A stretch of 63,251 nt of DNA, the filler included, from Perkinsus chesapeaki ATCC PRA-425 (lineage: Eukaryota; Protista; Perkinsozoa), in assembly GCA_013115145.1 (NCBI GenBank). It is 9 parts of 9 records of this genome, joined end to end, with 100 filler letters (N's around TTAATTAATTAA, not from the genome) between each part and the next. Parts side by side here need not be neighbours in the genome. Positions count along the whole stretch, not along the records: positions 1 to 31,151 come from JAAPAO010000425.1; positions 31,252 to 43,299 come from JAAPAO010000826.1; 7 more parts are not named here. The stretch is one strand, 5' to 3'. A program made the translations under genes and the position numbers. Position 1 is the first letter of the stretch; every line of letters begins with the position of its first letter. Positions 24,375 to 35,628 of this stretch are shown in pieces. A model generated the notes under the pieces. It was not told where the DNA came from. It searched no databases and saw only the letters and a program-made list of their open reading frames with translations.

Positions 24375-27300
24375 CTAAATCATCCACGAGCCACGGTCTC
24401 GGCAAGTGCATTCCGATGAGTGTTCCGACAAAGCGGGGGAAAAGGGATCTCCATCCAAGGTGGTTAAAACTGGGTGCCGTTGATGGGTGGGTCTGATGGT
24501 CTGAGTGAGTAGAGACCTCCATGCAACTCCGTTCACATGGAATTTAAGAATCAGCCAACCCTTCTTGATAGAATGCACGTCACATCAGTAATGCAACCAA
24601 ATACTATTATGAGTATAATTAACCGTAACAAGAAAGCCATCCACGGTGTAGAAACGTGTTCAGAAACAATGAATTGAGCTAACGTTCTTCACGAGTCTTC
24701 CCCGATTTGCTCCCCGAATGATTGATGGACTCCGAGCTCCCGGAGGAGCATCGTAGCGTAGCTTCCTCTTGGCAGGTAGAACTGAAGGAAATAGCGGGAT
24801 AGCATTGGACGCCCGACTTACATCAAGCAGCATATTCCTTTTCACGTTCTCGCCCCATTCCATTTTCCATTCCTCCTCCGCCGTTAGTGCTATCGGTTTC
24901 ACCACAAGTGGTCTTGCTATTGTCTTGATGACTACTCGACACCCAACATGAGGAGTTAAGTCGAAATCTATACCATCTCGGGCCCATGGGCCAATTTCAC
25001 CGCGATTGACGGAGTCCTCGATTAGATCAGCATACCTTAAACAAAGATCAGCTGAATGGCGGAAGCGCACTCACAATGCATTCACGTCGACGCCGGCATC
25101 GCGTATAGGGCATCGATCGGTTGACATGCCAAGAAGAGGTAAACGTACGTCGGCTAATGAAAACCTAAGATAGACTATTCGTAAACCTATGGCAAGTTTA
25201 CCTACTTTTCCGCATCTTCATCTGTACTAACAATCGCCAACTCCTCGAGATTGTCGCTTGCTCCAACAGCAACAAGATCACCAACGCGCACAGCTAAGCC
25301 ACCTTCGCGAATCCGCCTGAGCGTCGTCTCAGAGTTGGTAAAGGCACTGACAGATACTTGCTCGCTAGTCGATTCCATAAACACGCTGTATAGGCGTTTG
25401 GGAAAAGGTGAATGACGCTCCTAGGAAGCCTTTTGACTGCTTGACGGTACCTCCAATGTTCACCATTGTCGCCCACGATCAGCAAGGCATCAATCCACCT
25501 GCCATGGAAATGACTATATTCGACGACCGTCGACCGGCCACACCAGTTGAGATCTCGATTGTTCTCGGTTGCTAGCTCTTTCAAAGCTTCAACAGCCTTC
25601 ATCGAATCACCATCCGCGAGCCACTCTCTGAAAACCTATAGGAAATTAGAATCACCGTATGGCCGCATCGGGACGTGGGAGATTGGTTTCTGCTCACCTT
25701 CGCTTGGGTAGTGTTGTCACCCTCTGGCGGCTTCATCCAGTTCCGTATAGCCTTTTTATAATCTTTACATAGAATAGCACCGCCGATCCGAACCTATCCG
25801 AAGCTCACGCAACACCGCTTGTTGGCGTAGTGCCGTACATGTTGAGAGCTTCCGTCGAGAGCCCATCCGAAACGCTGCAATCCGAAATAGTTTACGAAAC
25901 CAAACTCCTTCAATGATTGTAGGCTTCCAGATGCCCCCTGAGGAACGCCGCGAACTCTGATGCGAAAGAAGTTCCTGAGACAGACGACTTGTGCGATCGA
26001 GCAAAACGCAGCCTTACCCCATCAACATGCCATACTGGAGTTTACGTGACGTGTTGTCAAGTTGAAAGTTATCGACCTGAGCCCAACCTCGTTTGAGCGA
26101 GCTACAGAGATCTTCGATGGCGAATTGAATTTCAGCCGGACTGTGTGTAGCTGGCAGAGTCGCGAACCTGTTCACACGAACTTCCGTAATCCGAAATCTT
26201 AATTTTTACTGATATGTCAGTCCTCGCTTGTCTTTGAGGCCGGCGAAGTGCAAGGAGTCCCTTGGAAGTTTGAGTTTCCTTTCGAGATGACTTTGTAGCG
26301 TCGGCATGTCAATGTTAACTTTATGAAGGACGAAGCGCCAACGAGCGCGACCGATGAGACCGGTTTGGGAGAAAGCTCGGGACCAGGAGGCCTTCACCGG
26401 ATACGAGTCCTGCACCGATGCTCCACATTGTAGAGAACTGCTGCTAGATTGCTAGCAAGGCTTACTTTGTTGGAGCTGGTCTCCTCTGTGACAAGTGTGA
26501 ATTGAACTTCCTTCAGCTTGAGCCGAATTCTGGAGCAGAAACGATTCAAGTGGTCATCGATTGATTGCCCTTCTGGCAGTTGAAAATGCAAATCCAAAAC
26601 GCTTGGGGAGTAACTGACAGGAAGGCGAGGTAATGAAATTTAGGCGATCAGTGACAGGCCGATAGGAGGCATACTCCTACAAAGGATACTAAGATCGCAA
26701 AAAAGAGAACGCATCGATGGCCAAGCAGAAACGGAAATCCTACAGGAGGTGCGAAAAGAGACGATTTTGGCATTGCGCCATGCGATGCAGTTACACTCTC
26801 AGTAAGTGTCAACCAGCGATGGAATAGATGGTAGTTCAAAACCCTACACGTTGCTCACCCGGCCATATAAAAGCTCATGAAGTGTCTAGCTTGCTCCTTT
26901 CCTAAAACATCTTCTAGAAGGCTACTCGTTTCAGCATCAGACGATAGACTTAGCATTGTCTTATCGGCGAAGAACTTGGAACTCACGGAGCAAAGGACCT
27001 GATGAAAGTGAGTGCAATGGGAGCAGCTCATCGAACACATGAGCATACACAGTAATCTTAAGCGCTAATCTCGTGAAAGATACCATCTGCATGGTTATCG
27101 ACGAGACTGACGAGGTCACCTTTTCATCAGTCATTCGCAGCATCGCTCCCCGTATCTTCTTAACATCACTTTTAGTGTAAGACGATGGTAGCTCGCAGAC
27201 TAGCACATGATTCCATGTCGGGGAATCCGCAGCCATCCCAGCGTTCGCCTGAATATGTGCAAGCTGGCAGTTCCTCCGATGGAAAGCATGGAACTCACGT

Positions 27301-28175
27301 TATGAATGTCCACAAACATATTCATATTTTTCACTGCTTCATCACCACATGTCTCTCGAATGAAAGCCTCGGCCTCACTTCCCGCCATAGCGTACCTGTC
27401 CAACGGGAATACAAGGAAAGTCTGCGAGGAGAGTTACCCTTCCCAAAAGGCCTCTCTGAGCTCCTGTGTTGAGTCTGCTTCTGGAATTGCTGCATCATCG
27501 ATACTTTCAATTGCTTCATAGGACTCCAACCTTAATCGACTCGGACTGTTCAGATATGTCGCTCGCCCTACTTGTGCATCGTTTGCATCTTCATGTAGTC
27601 CTCAACTCCATTCCACCCCTCGGCCCCAGTCTCGAATGGCAATCGAGCCACCTTCCCGTCTATACCGACTTCTCGCACTTCCCAGTCCTTCATCTGGAAA
27701 AAATTCTTGTGAACATCTCCTTCTACCGGAGACGCTACTGAATACTATTGAAGATCTATTGCATAGTACAATATAAAAAAACCGAGTCTTTATAGCAGAT
27801 GTCCAAGTTACTGGACAACGCCGTTTCCTATGTATTGCCAGTTGCCAGATAAAGGGAATGACTTTAAGTCATCTTACCTTGACTTTGACTCGTCCACCAA
27901 TTGGTTGTAAGTTGATGAGCTGCGTAATTCCAACACTTTCATATGATGGATAGCTTGGCATAACTCTTTCTCGATTTCGTTGGCGAACCTGTCGCAACAA
28001 CGGAATACAAGGCACAACTGCGCAGAAGGGTCACCTCTCCGGCGATCGGCGTGGTCCACCGATGAGTAGGTCGGGAAACAGATTGAGATAATGCTGCGGT
28101 TGCCGCTGATGAGAGAGTAGCAGACTGGCAGTGGAACGCTTCAACGAGGTGCCTGCATGCTAGCCTACTCAGCAT
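24375..28175 (-). CDS. PUS7: tRNA pseudouridine synthase TruD/PUS7 family, many introns
   Basis: KDWEVREVGIDGKVARL, FVLHKVNID...FAGLKDKRGLTYQ, FGFVNYFGLQRFG, LFPNAYTACLWNRLAS, LILKFHV; S/A/R-rich N-terminal extension. Confidence 0.88.
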
Positions 28176-28467
28176 TATAAAGTTAAAAACTGATTATAAG
28201 GCTTACACCGACGATATATATACAAACTTGAACAAAACAGGAATGCGTGTGCACCAATATTATTGACTGTGGGAATTTGGTCAAGTTTCACAATCATATT
28301 TTGGCGGCTCCTCTGAGATCTGATCTCGGAGCACCTGCTACGCACCTACCCGAGACACGAGTAACGGTGTCCTGGATAGATAAGCACGAACGGTAAACTA
28401 TTTGTGATGCTCGTTAATATTGCGAATAAATGTATTATCATACAATTACTCAATACACATCATACTA

Positions 28468-29109
28468 CAGTGCGTTCGCGTTTGTTGGGCAAGTCGATTA
28501 AAATTGAATATTTCAAGTTGGAGTGATCATATTTGCCTGGAACCTTCAGGGATATGACTATAAGACAAGGGGAATCGATTGGTATAATTTTCATGACAAA
28601 ACTCTCAGCCGTTTCATCGCGAGGGCGAGCGAGAAAAAAATTGACCGTAATCAGCGTTCGTTTTTGTTGGGCAACCTTTACTTATCACGACACCATGGTC
28701 CGCGGCAAGCTTCTGTCCGGGTCTGAACAGGCCAGAATCGTCAAGAGCCTTGCAAAGGGCACGTCTGTTACCGAGATTGCCAAGGAAGTTGGCAGAGACA
28801 CTCGCACGGTGAAGAAGTACGTCGCTCAGCCAGAAAAGAAGTACACGAGACCGAAGGGGCCTTGCAAGACGTCCGTTACGCGAAGAGAGAAAACACTGCT
28901 GAAGCGAGCTATGGCCAAGAATCCTCTGGCAAGTAGTAAAAGTACATTCGAAGGAGCCGGTGTCACTCCGAAAGGCAAAACTACGCGTAACAAGGTCCTC
29001 AAGGAGATTGGGAAGGTCGTAAAACCGCGTGCTCGACCTTCTTTGTCGAAGAAACACAAGACTGCACGCTTCAACTGGGCCAAAGTTTTTAATCGACGCG
29101 AACGCACTG
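28468..29109 (+). mobile_element. Internally deleted Tc1/mariner element (642 bp) retaining the transposase HTH region
   Basis: TA|CAGTGCGTTCGCG ... CGCGAACGCACTG|TA; ORF from 28694 encodes a Tc1/Tc3-like paired HTH and linker (..PSLSKKHKTARFNWAK); no DDE domain. Confidence 0.9.
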
Positions 29110-30360
29110 TATTTAGTATGATGTGGAATAGGAACCTACGGTGAGATCGATCATCAGACTCCGATGTTAGTTCTCTAGGCTATCAGCTAATGCTATTAGA
29201 ATCAATTAATTATTATCACTTTAAAAGATGAGTAATGTCGGAGATATGATTGTCGTGACTATTGTTATGCCTTTATGGTATGTAACCAATGGTTACCAAC
29301 CATATACCAATACTGATAACTCAATACATTTATTATATATGGAAAACACATTTATTAAACACGCATCAGTAAGCATGACGGAGCATTGATCACTTAACAT
29401 AACTTCACCTTCAACAACCTTAAACTAAACCCCCTTACAAAATAATATGACCTCTACACTTTCGAGCGTAAAATAGTTTATAACTCCAACATGAGCAACT
29501 TTCTCACTTCCGTTGTTTCTGTCTAGTGAAGCAGTCATACATAATCAACTCGCCAGGGGACATACCCATTTAGGGCATGTTCAGCGGTTACTGTGAGAAG
29601 CGTCCTGCAGTGTACGAAATGGGCACCTTTATATCTCATCTATCTAATAGTGACAAGTAGTTGGGTAATGTGGAGAATACTTCTCCAAATTACAACAATC
29701 GCAAAGCGTAAAACGTCAAGATTCGGGCTTGTCACCGAAATGGGGGAGCGTCGAGAACTGAAGCGAACTGCACAAATTGAAAGCCGTATTAGATTGTCAA
29801 TCATTTGCTGGAAAAAGATTGTCGCCCTCGAGCCGTTTTACTAGTCGTTGATCCGACAACCATTAATCCCATTTCTTAGAAAGATTCGCATGAAGCATTT
29901 TGATTAAGTTTACCACCACATGCTACTAAACGGAGCGATGCTCCCTAGCAGCTGAATGGACACGGGATTCCACAAATTCTTTGACAACGGTAATATTGGT
30001 ACTCCTCGAGCTATGAAAGGACGACTCGAAAGCAGCCATGGTGATCACCTGTACAGCTGGATCAACTATAAGCATACATTCTATCCAGTCTTGCTGCAGA
30101 AAGCCTGCGTGTGTTATAAGATACTTACCGACTTGAATTTGCTGTACTCACTCCCATTGCTTCTTTTATCCCCTCTTAGTGGCATCAATCCTCACCGAGA
30201 GCGCCACCGTGGAAAAAATCGATGATTAGAAAACTAACTTCAGAAAGCATAATCGTAGACAGCACAGAATTCGATGCTAGTTGTACAATACAATATCACA
30301 GGCAGCCGCCATGTGCCACGACTGCATCACGAAGATTGTGAAGGTGGGAAATAGAGGACA

Positions 30361-30566
30361 TAAATTATATAATACATTATAGACTGTAACCATACTGTAT
30401 AAATTATAAAATACATAATAGACTGTAACCATACTGTATAAATTATAAAATACATTATAGACTGTAACCATACTGTATAAATTATAAAATACATTATAGA
30501 CTGTAACCATACTGTATAAATTATAAAACACATTATAGACTGTAACCATACTGTATAAATTATAAA
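30361..30566. repeat. 39-bp AT-rich minisatellite, about 5.3 copies
   Basis: TAAATTATAAAATACATTATAGACTGTAACCATACTGTA units starting 30361, 30400, 30439, 30478, 30517. Confidence 0.95.
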
Positions 30567-30651
30567 GTATAGTTTCTATCTATACTAAAACTCAATCTAT
30601 GTATTTTACATCACAACAACAGCATTTATCAGCATCATACGGACATCAACA

Positions 30652-31151
30652 TCACTTTCTCAGGCCCTGCGCTTTGGCAATGGTTCCCACAAACGACCAT
30701 ACCCAATCGATTCCAGAACGATAGCCAGCTGGAGGGTATCGGGCAAGGAGTGTGAACAGTCTTCTACAATTATCCATGTTTTTCGGATCGAGTGTCTTGA
30801 TGTCCTCCTCAACGTTATCGGGCAGTCCAACGAGAGGATTATAACGGTTTACATTGTCCATACCTTTAAGGTCAAGCTGGTTGTAATATGCGAATACACC
30901 TATGACCTTCCCACCATTGCTCCAACTGAGGTTCAATTATCAGGGATGAAGTGGTACGTGTAACGGTCGACGATAACTTACTCGATCCGTAAGAAGTTTT
31001 TCTCCGAGCGGACTATGAACTGCTGAATTCCTTCATGCAGTATTATCTCAAGACGTTCCGCCGGCTCTCTTTCGTACACACAATCATCGGTAAATTGTGA
31101 ATAGACACGTCCCGATAGCTGCAAGAGACACGCCATGATAGTTAGTCGCAA
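30652..31151 (-). CDS. Lineage-specific secreted protein family member C (5' end lost in gap)
   Basis: EEDIKTLDPKNMDNCRRLFTLLARYPPAGYRSGIDW motif. Confidence 0.6.
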
Positions 31152-31251
31152 NNNNNNNNNNNNNNNNNNNNNNNNNNNNNNNNNNNNNNNNNNNNTTAAT
31201 TAATTAANNNNNNNNNNNNNNNNNNNNNNNNNNNNNNNNNNNNNNNNNNNN
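31152..31251. other. Assembly gap with artificial six-frame stop linker (also 43300-43399, 46272-46371, 49865-49964, 52005-52104, 55322-55421, 60241-60340, 62058-62157)
   Basis: N44-TTAATTAATTAA-N44, identical 100-bp block each time. Confidence 0.99.
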
Positions 31252-32017
31252 ACTCGAAGACCAAGCAGGTCCGCAGTTGCAGCTTGGGGAGCTAGGGTGA
31301 TATTTAAAGTCATCAAACTAGCTCTCACGGCTACAGCTGCTGAGCTGCCAGGCCCCAAACTCCCTCCGAGATCCCATACCAGTGGGTCACTGGCAGCGAC
31401 CGGGAATCCCGGGCATACGACAAAGCCTTTATCGTGAAAGTGACCTGGGAGGAGCCGAGCGAAGTTACCGAAGGCCAGACACAGCGCTGCGCCTAGGGTG
31501 ACAGGGTGAGGGGACGGCGGACCGACAGCCCCTTCCACGGGGACGGTTGCCCAGTATGCCAGGCTTCGTGCCCGGTCACGGAGTGGCCGCATGGCAGGCT
31601 ACCGGTCACCGCTCGTTATTGACAATTTGTCAGTGACAAACCGTCGTCCGCAGTTTACCCATACTCCTGGCAGGGAACGCATACATTATGTGGTAGTAGG
31701 TTCCACAACCATCACGAGAGACTGACCACCGCCGGTGGCCCACCGGGTCCATTGGAGCAAGGCCTGGCCCAGGGAGGTCATCAGCGGAGGATTGCCGAGG
31801 CCTCCGGCACTGCCGAACCCGCAGACAAGTTGTCTGACACAACCACCCTCCCGAGTCAGCTCAAATCGGACTTGGGCGACCAAGTACTGGAAACTCAAGA
31901 GCGCCGATGTTCGATGAAGACATGCAAAGTAGGGATACGTGCATAGCTACATGGTAGAGCGAGCCCTGATCTCGGGTGACCATTGGAACGGACGCCATCC
32001 CGCTCTCGCCTTCTCGC

Positions 32018-35000
32018 TCAGGCATCTTGGGCCCACGCTTTTCGGATGAGTTCTGACAGATATTCCACCTTATCCGTTGCGTCCCGCAAGTAGGCTCTGT
32101 CCAAGCACTCTGAGCTGGCCCACCTACCTAGCTCTCCTAGGGTAGTGAGCGACATACCGTTACGAAAATAGTGCACCGCGCCGCTTCTTCTCATGAGGTG
32201 GGTGGTGGCCCGAGACGGGTCGCACTGGGCCACCTCAACCACAGCCTCCCGAAGTTGGGCAGCAAACGAATCACGGCTAATCTCAAAGAGGAGATCCGAA
32301 GGGTCTAGCAGAGAAGCGTGCGCGAGGAGCGCATGGGCCACACAGTTCCGAGAGTGACACGGGCCTGTACCGTTCATGGACAGACAACCGATAGGAACCA
32401 AGGCGCCTGCGCGAAAGATGTCGGACTTGGATGACGTCACCCTCACAACGGCCCCGAATGGGGAGGAAGACACGTCGTCCACGTTTAGGGAGAGTAGTTC
32501 TGACACCCGCAAAAGGCCCGTGACCCCGAGAGAAAACATGAGTGATGCCAGAGGTGCAAGTTTTTGGCGCACCTCGACGATCTCATTGAGGTTCAACGTG
32601 GCTGCTCGACGGTGTGGCCCCTCCCCCAGGACCTTCGCCGCCGACCGGATGGCCAGGTCAAAGTCTCGCGACTCGCTAGCCGAGAAAACCCTGGCCTCCT
32701 GTGTACAAGCGAACAGACGAACCGTCCCAAAGTACTTCCTGACAGTACCGATGGCATAGTTCGCCGCAGTCATAGACTCTACGAGAGCTATGACCGCCTC
32801 GGCCGACACAGGAAACGCAACTAAACCCGCCGCCGAGCTAGTTTTCTCGTACAGGGCCAACGACGACCTGTGCTGTCTGTGCGAAGACTTGGACAGACCG
32901 TGATGCACGAAGGACTCCCTGGATGCTGGACTAGACCGAGAGGCGGCCATAACCGCCCTCTGAGAAAGTGCACCTGCTTTCCTGCTGGAACAGTCTCCAT
33001 CAGACCTCTGCATACGAGCCGAGGCTCGGTTTAACTCGCGGCTCGCGAGCGAAAAAATTTATTCCCGTGCCGAGACGAGCCCCGAGACTCGCCGAGACTC
33101 GAAGTAACTGATAAGTAAAACTGTCTATTGCGGACAAACTAGAACTGAACGCAAAACGATCAGTCCATTTAGCAGACACTGTTAATAACAGTCTGTTATG
33201 CAGTGCAATATGCCATAGCTAGTGGTATAACTGTCTTCCATGAAGTATTTAAGTAGACATTCACAGACGCTACATGTATCAAAGAGTAAACAGAGCTGCT
33301 CGATGGGCGGCCGTTACCCTAATTCAGGTAATAGGAATAATCTACAAGAAACAATAAGGCCAGCAAATTCAGGTGACTACCTGGTGACAGCAACTATATC
33401 CGCAGGGACAATATGAGCTGTATCGTGCAATCAAAGCGATAACTTATTCGTAGTTTGAATGATCAGCAACGCCTCCAGAGTGGTTGGTTTGAGCTCAGTC
33501 CTCCGCATCCCTAACTGGTCCCTTGCTCGGCTGAAGATTCCCTCACACGAGCTCGTAGCTCGAGTGCGCAGTCTGCTGCTGCGGATAGGAGAGGAAATGA
33601 GGTGCAGGCCTTTTCCCAAAATCCAGCGTATGTGTCTTCGTGGCAGCCCAAAGTTAGGTATTTTTTCTCCTCAACCTCCACCGTGTTACCGTACAATGTT
33701 GCTGTATTGCGCGCTGTGTCTCCGTATTACTAACGCGGGGAACTTACTTGTTCGGTTGTTTCCAGTATATGAGCTGCGGACTCTGATTTCAATTCTTCCA
33801 GAGCTAGCAAAGCAGGCCGAGGATGGTCACCATTGTGTACATTCACAGTCACGCGGCGTGACTCACGCCGAGCAAATGCCTGTTCTGGTAAGGCTTCAGC
33901 CAGGCATCAAAATGAATCTGCATAAAAGGATCCTACTGAAGCTATGACATGGCATCGGTCCAGAATTCCCGGGTCAGCGAGGTGATATGGAAGTTGAATC
34001 GCGTTACGCAACAATACCGCGACAAGCTATCATTTTAATATGTACAGTATCGATAGTCTAATATATAGTATATATCCCTGATAGAATAACATTGATAGGT
34101 AATGATCATAAATGCAATGTATTTATTAATATTATTATTATTCATTAAATACTATTTAATCATTAAATTCTAATGCACACCCTTCCAATTAGTACCTGAT
34201 ATGGGGGCAGCTGCTGCCCGATTCTCATTTTAATTAGCTTCCTCCGATCCTCGGTGATTTCCTTGCACCTCCTACTAATAGAAGTATCAGAGGGAATGGA
34301 CTTGGCTGCACACCAAGGTCGGCCAGTCTTCGTCGTGATATCAATAATCGTCTGGACAAATTCTAGCATTGCGTCTGAGCGATAAGTGCAGAATCCTATG
34401 CCAGGTACCGCAGAAGAAAGCTTGACGCATGCCTCCACCAGGAGGCTTCTTTGTTCATCGGGCAGTATAGTAGGCTTAAGAACACCTGGGAACTGTGTCA
34501 TCTTTGCAGACTTTTCGTTATCCAGCTTGCATTGGTGACGTATCATAGACGAAGTGTTCGAGTCGATGTGAGAGACACCCGTTAAACAGCGGTTACAAGC
34601 TGCAATATCATCAAGTATTTCATCATCACATATCCGCTTCACCAAACTGAAGTTTTCCCAAACTTTGCTCTTGCTCTTGAGCTTAGGACCAGCTAGTGCA
34701 TAGGATAAAAGGTCAAGGGCTTGTCCCATCTGTGCACCATTTTGTTCACGTCTAGAGGTATCAAAACACGAAGCGGATAGCTTTCGAATCTTGCGACTAG
34801 TACATTCTCCAGTCGAAACCAGGCTTTTTCTCCGTTTCTCAGGAATGGTTCTGCATTGGGGAGTCTTCATAGAGCGAGCGGACTGATTCACGGGGGGTCA
34901 GGGGATTGAGCACTTCTTCGGGGTCGTTAAAAGACGTGGGGGAGGTATCACCGACATTAACGTCGTCTTTAGACGAGCTACTGGCGGAGTTGGACGTATT

Positions 35001-35595
35001 GGAAGCGTACTGTTTGCACTCGAAGGCGCCTGGGTCATGAGATACAGGCATGGCCGCGAAAGTGGAAATTGGGCTGGCCCTGATGAACAGATTCTCAACA
35101 CCGTCGTGCCAACTTGACTAACAAAACCAGCGAAAATGCCACGCACGTACGAGAAATGGGAAAAAATGCGGGCGGAGCGAAGCTCCGCCGAGAAAAAATC
35201 GAGACTCGTCTCGGCTCGGCAAAAAACCAGGAGCCGAGCCGAGCGAGCGAGCTCATCGTGCTGCGCAGACGAGCCGAGCCAAGAGTCTCGTCTCGCCTTT
35301 GTGTGGAGGCCTGGTCTCCATGGACTTTGGCAGGCCTGGCGTGGCACGCGGTCTTAGTAGGAGCGGCAGGTCGAACCAAGCCATTGGGTAGACGGAGCAA
35401 AGGGCGCCAGACCCTAGCGACAGGTCTCCACCGACCATGGGCGCACCTGCGAGCAGCCGGGGCTTGAGCGTTAGACATCAAAGGAGGAAGAAGATGACTG
35501 ACAAGGGAACCGCAATGGCCCGGGCGACCCACCAGCACAAATTGCATAGCGCAACACAAGGCCCCTACATCATCAGAAACTGTTATGGCGAACAA
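32018..35595 (-). CDS. Tyrosine recombinase of the Ngaro-like element, split by the hAT (32018-33000 plus 35314-35595)
   Basis: GLLRVSELL (R), SKSD (K), HLMRRSGA (HxxR), LGRW, DRAYL (Y); removing the hAT and one TSD joins ..KVHGD|CSSRKAG in frame. Confidence 0.88.
33001..35313 (-). mobile_element. hAT DNA transposon, non-autonomous deletion derivative (2313 bp)
   Basis: 8-bp TSD GTCTCCAT at 32993-33000 and 35314-35321; imperfect TIRs CAGACCTCTGCA / CAGGCCTCCACA; subterminal CGAGCC/CGAGAC arrays; BED finger and Hermes-like DBD (34163-34891); hATC dimerisation remnant (33431-33696); catalytic core absent. Confidence 0.93.
33178..33199. other. 22-bp excision scar, X=ACTGTTAT (inside the hAT itself)
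   Basis: ACTGTTA ATAACAGT CTGTTAT. Confidence 0.85.
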
Positions 35596-35628
35596 ACCAA
35601 CGGCCAGAGTACCGGATTATCCAAAGCA

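Noticed and set aside
30361-30566. 39-bp repeats (and 43-bp repeats at 55422) as a CRISPR array, and their repetitive ORFs 30277..30549 and 30327..30533
   Set aside because: Head-to-tail units with no unique spacers, no cas genes, eukaryotic context; the ORFs are by-products of a unit length divisible by 3
31196-31207. TTAATTAATTAA palindromes recurring eight times
   Set aside because: Always centred in identical N blocks; an artificial scaffold linker
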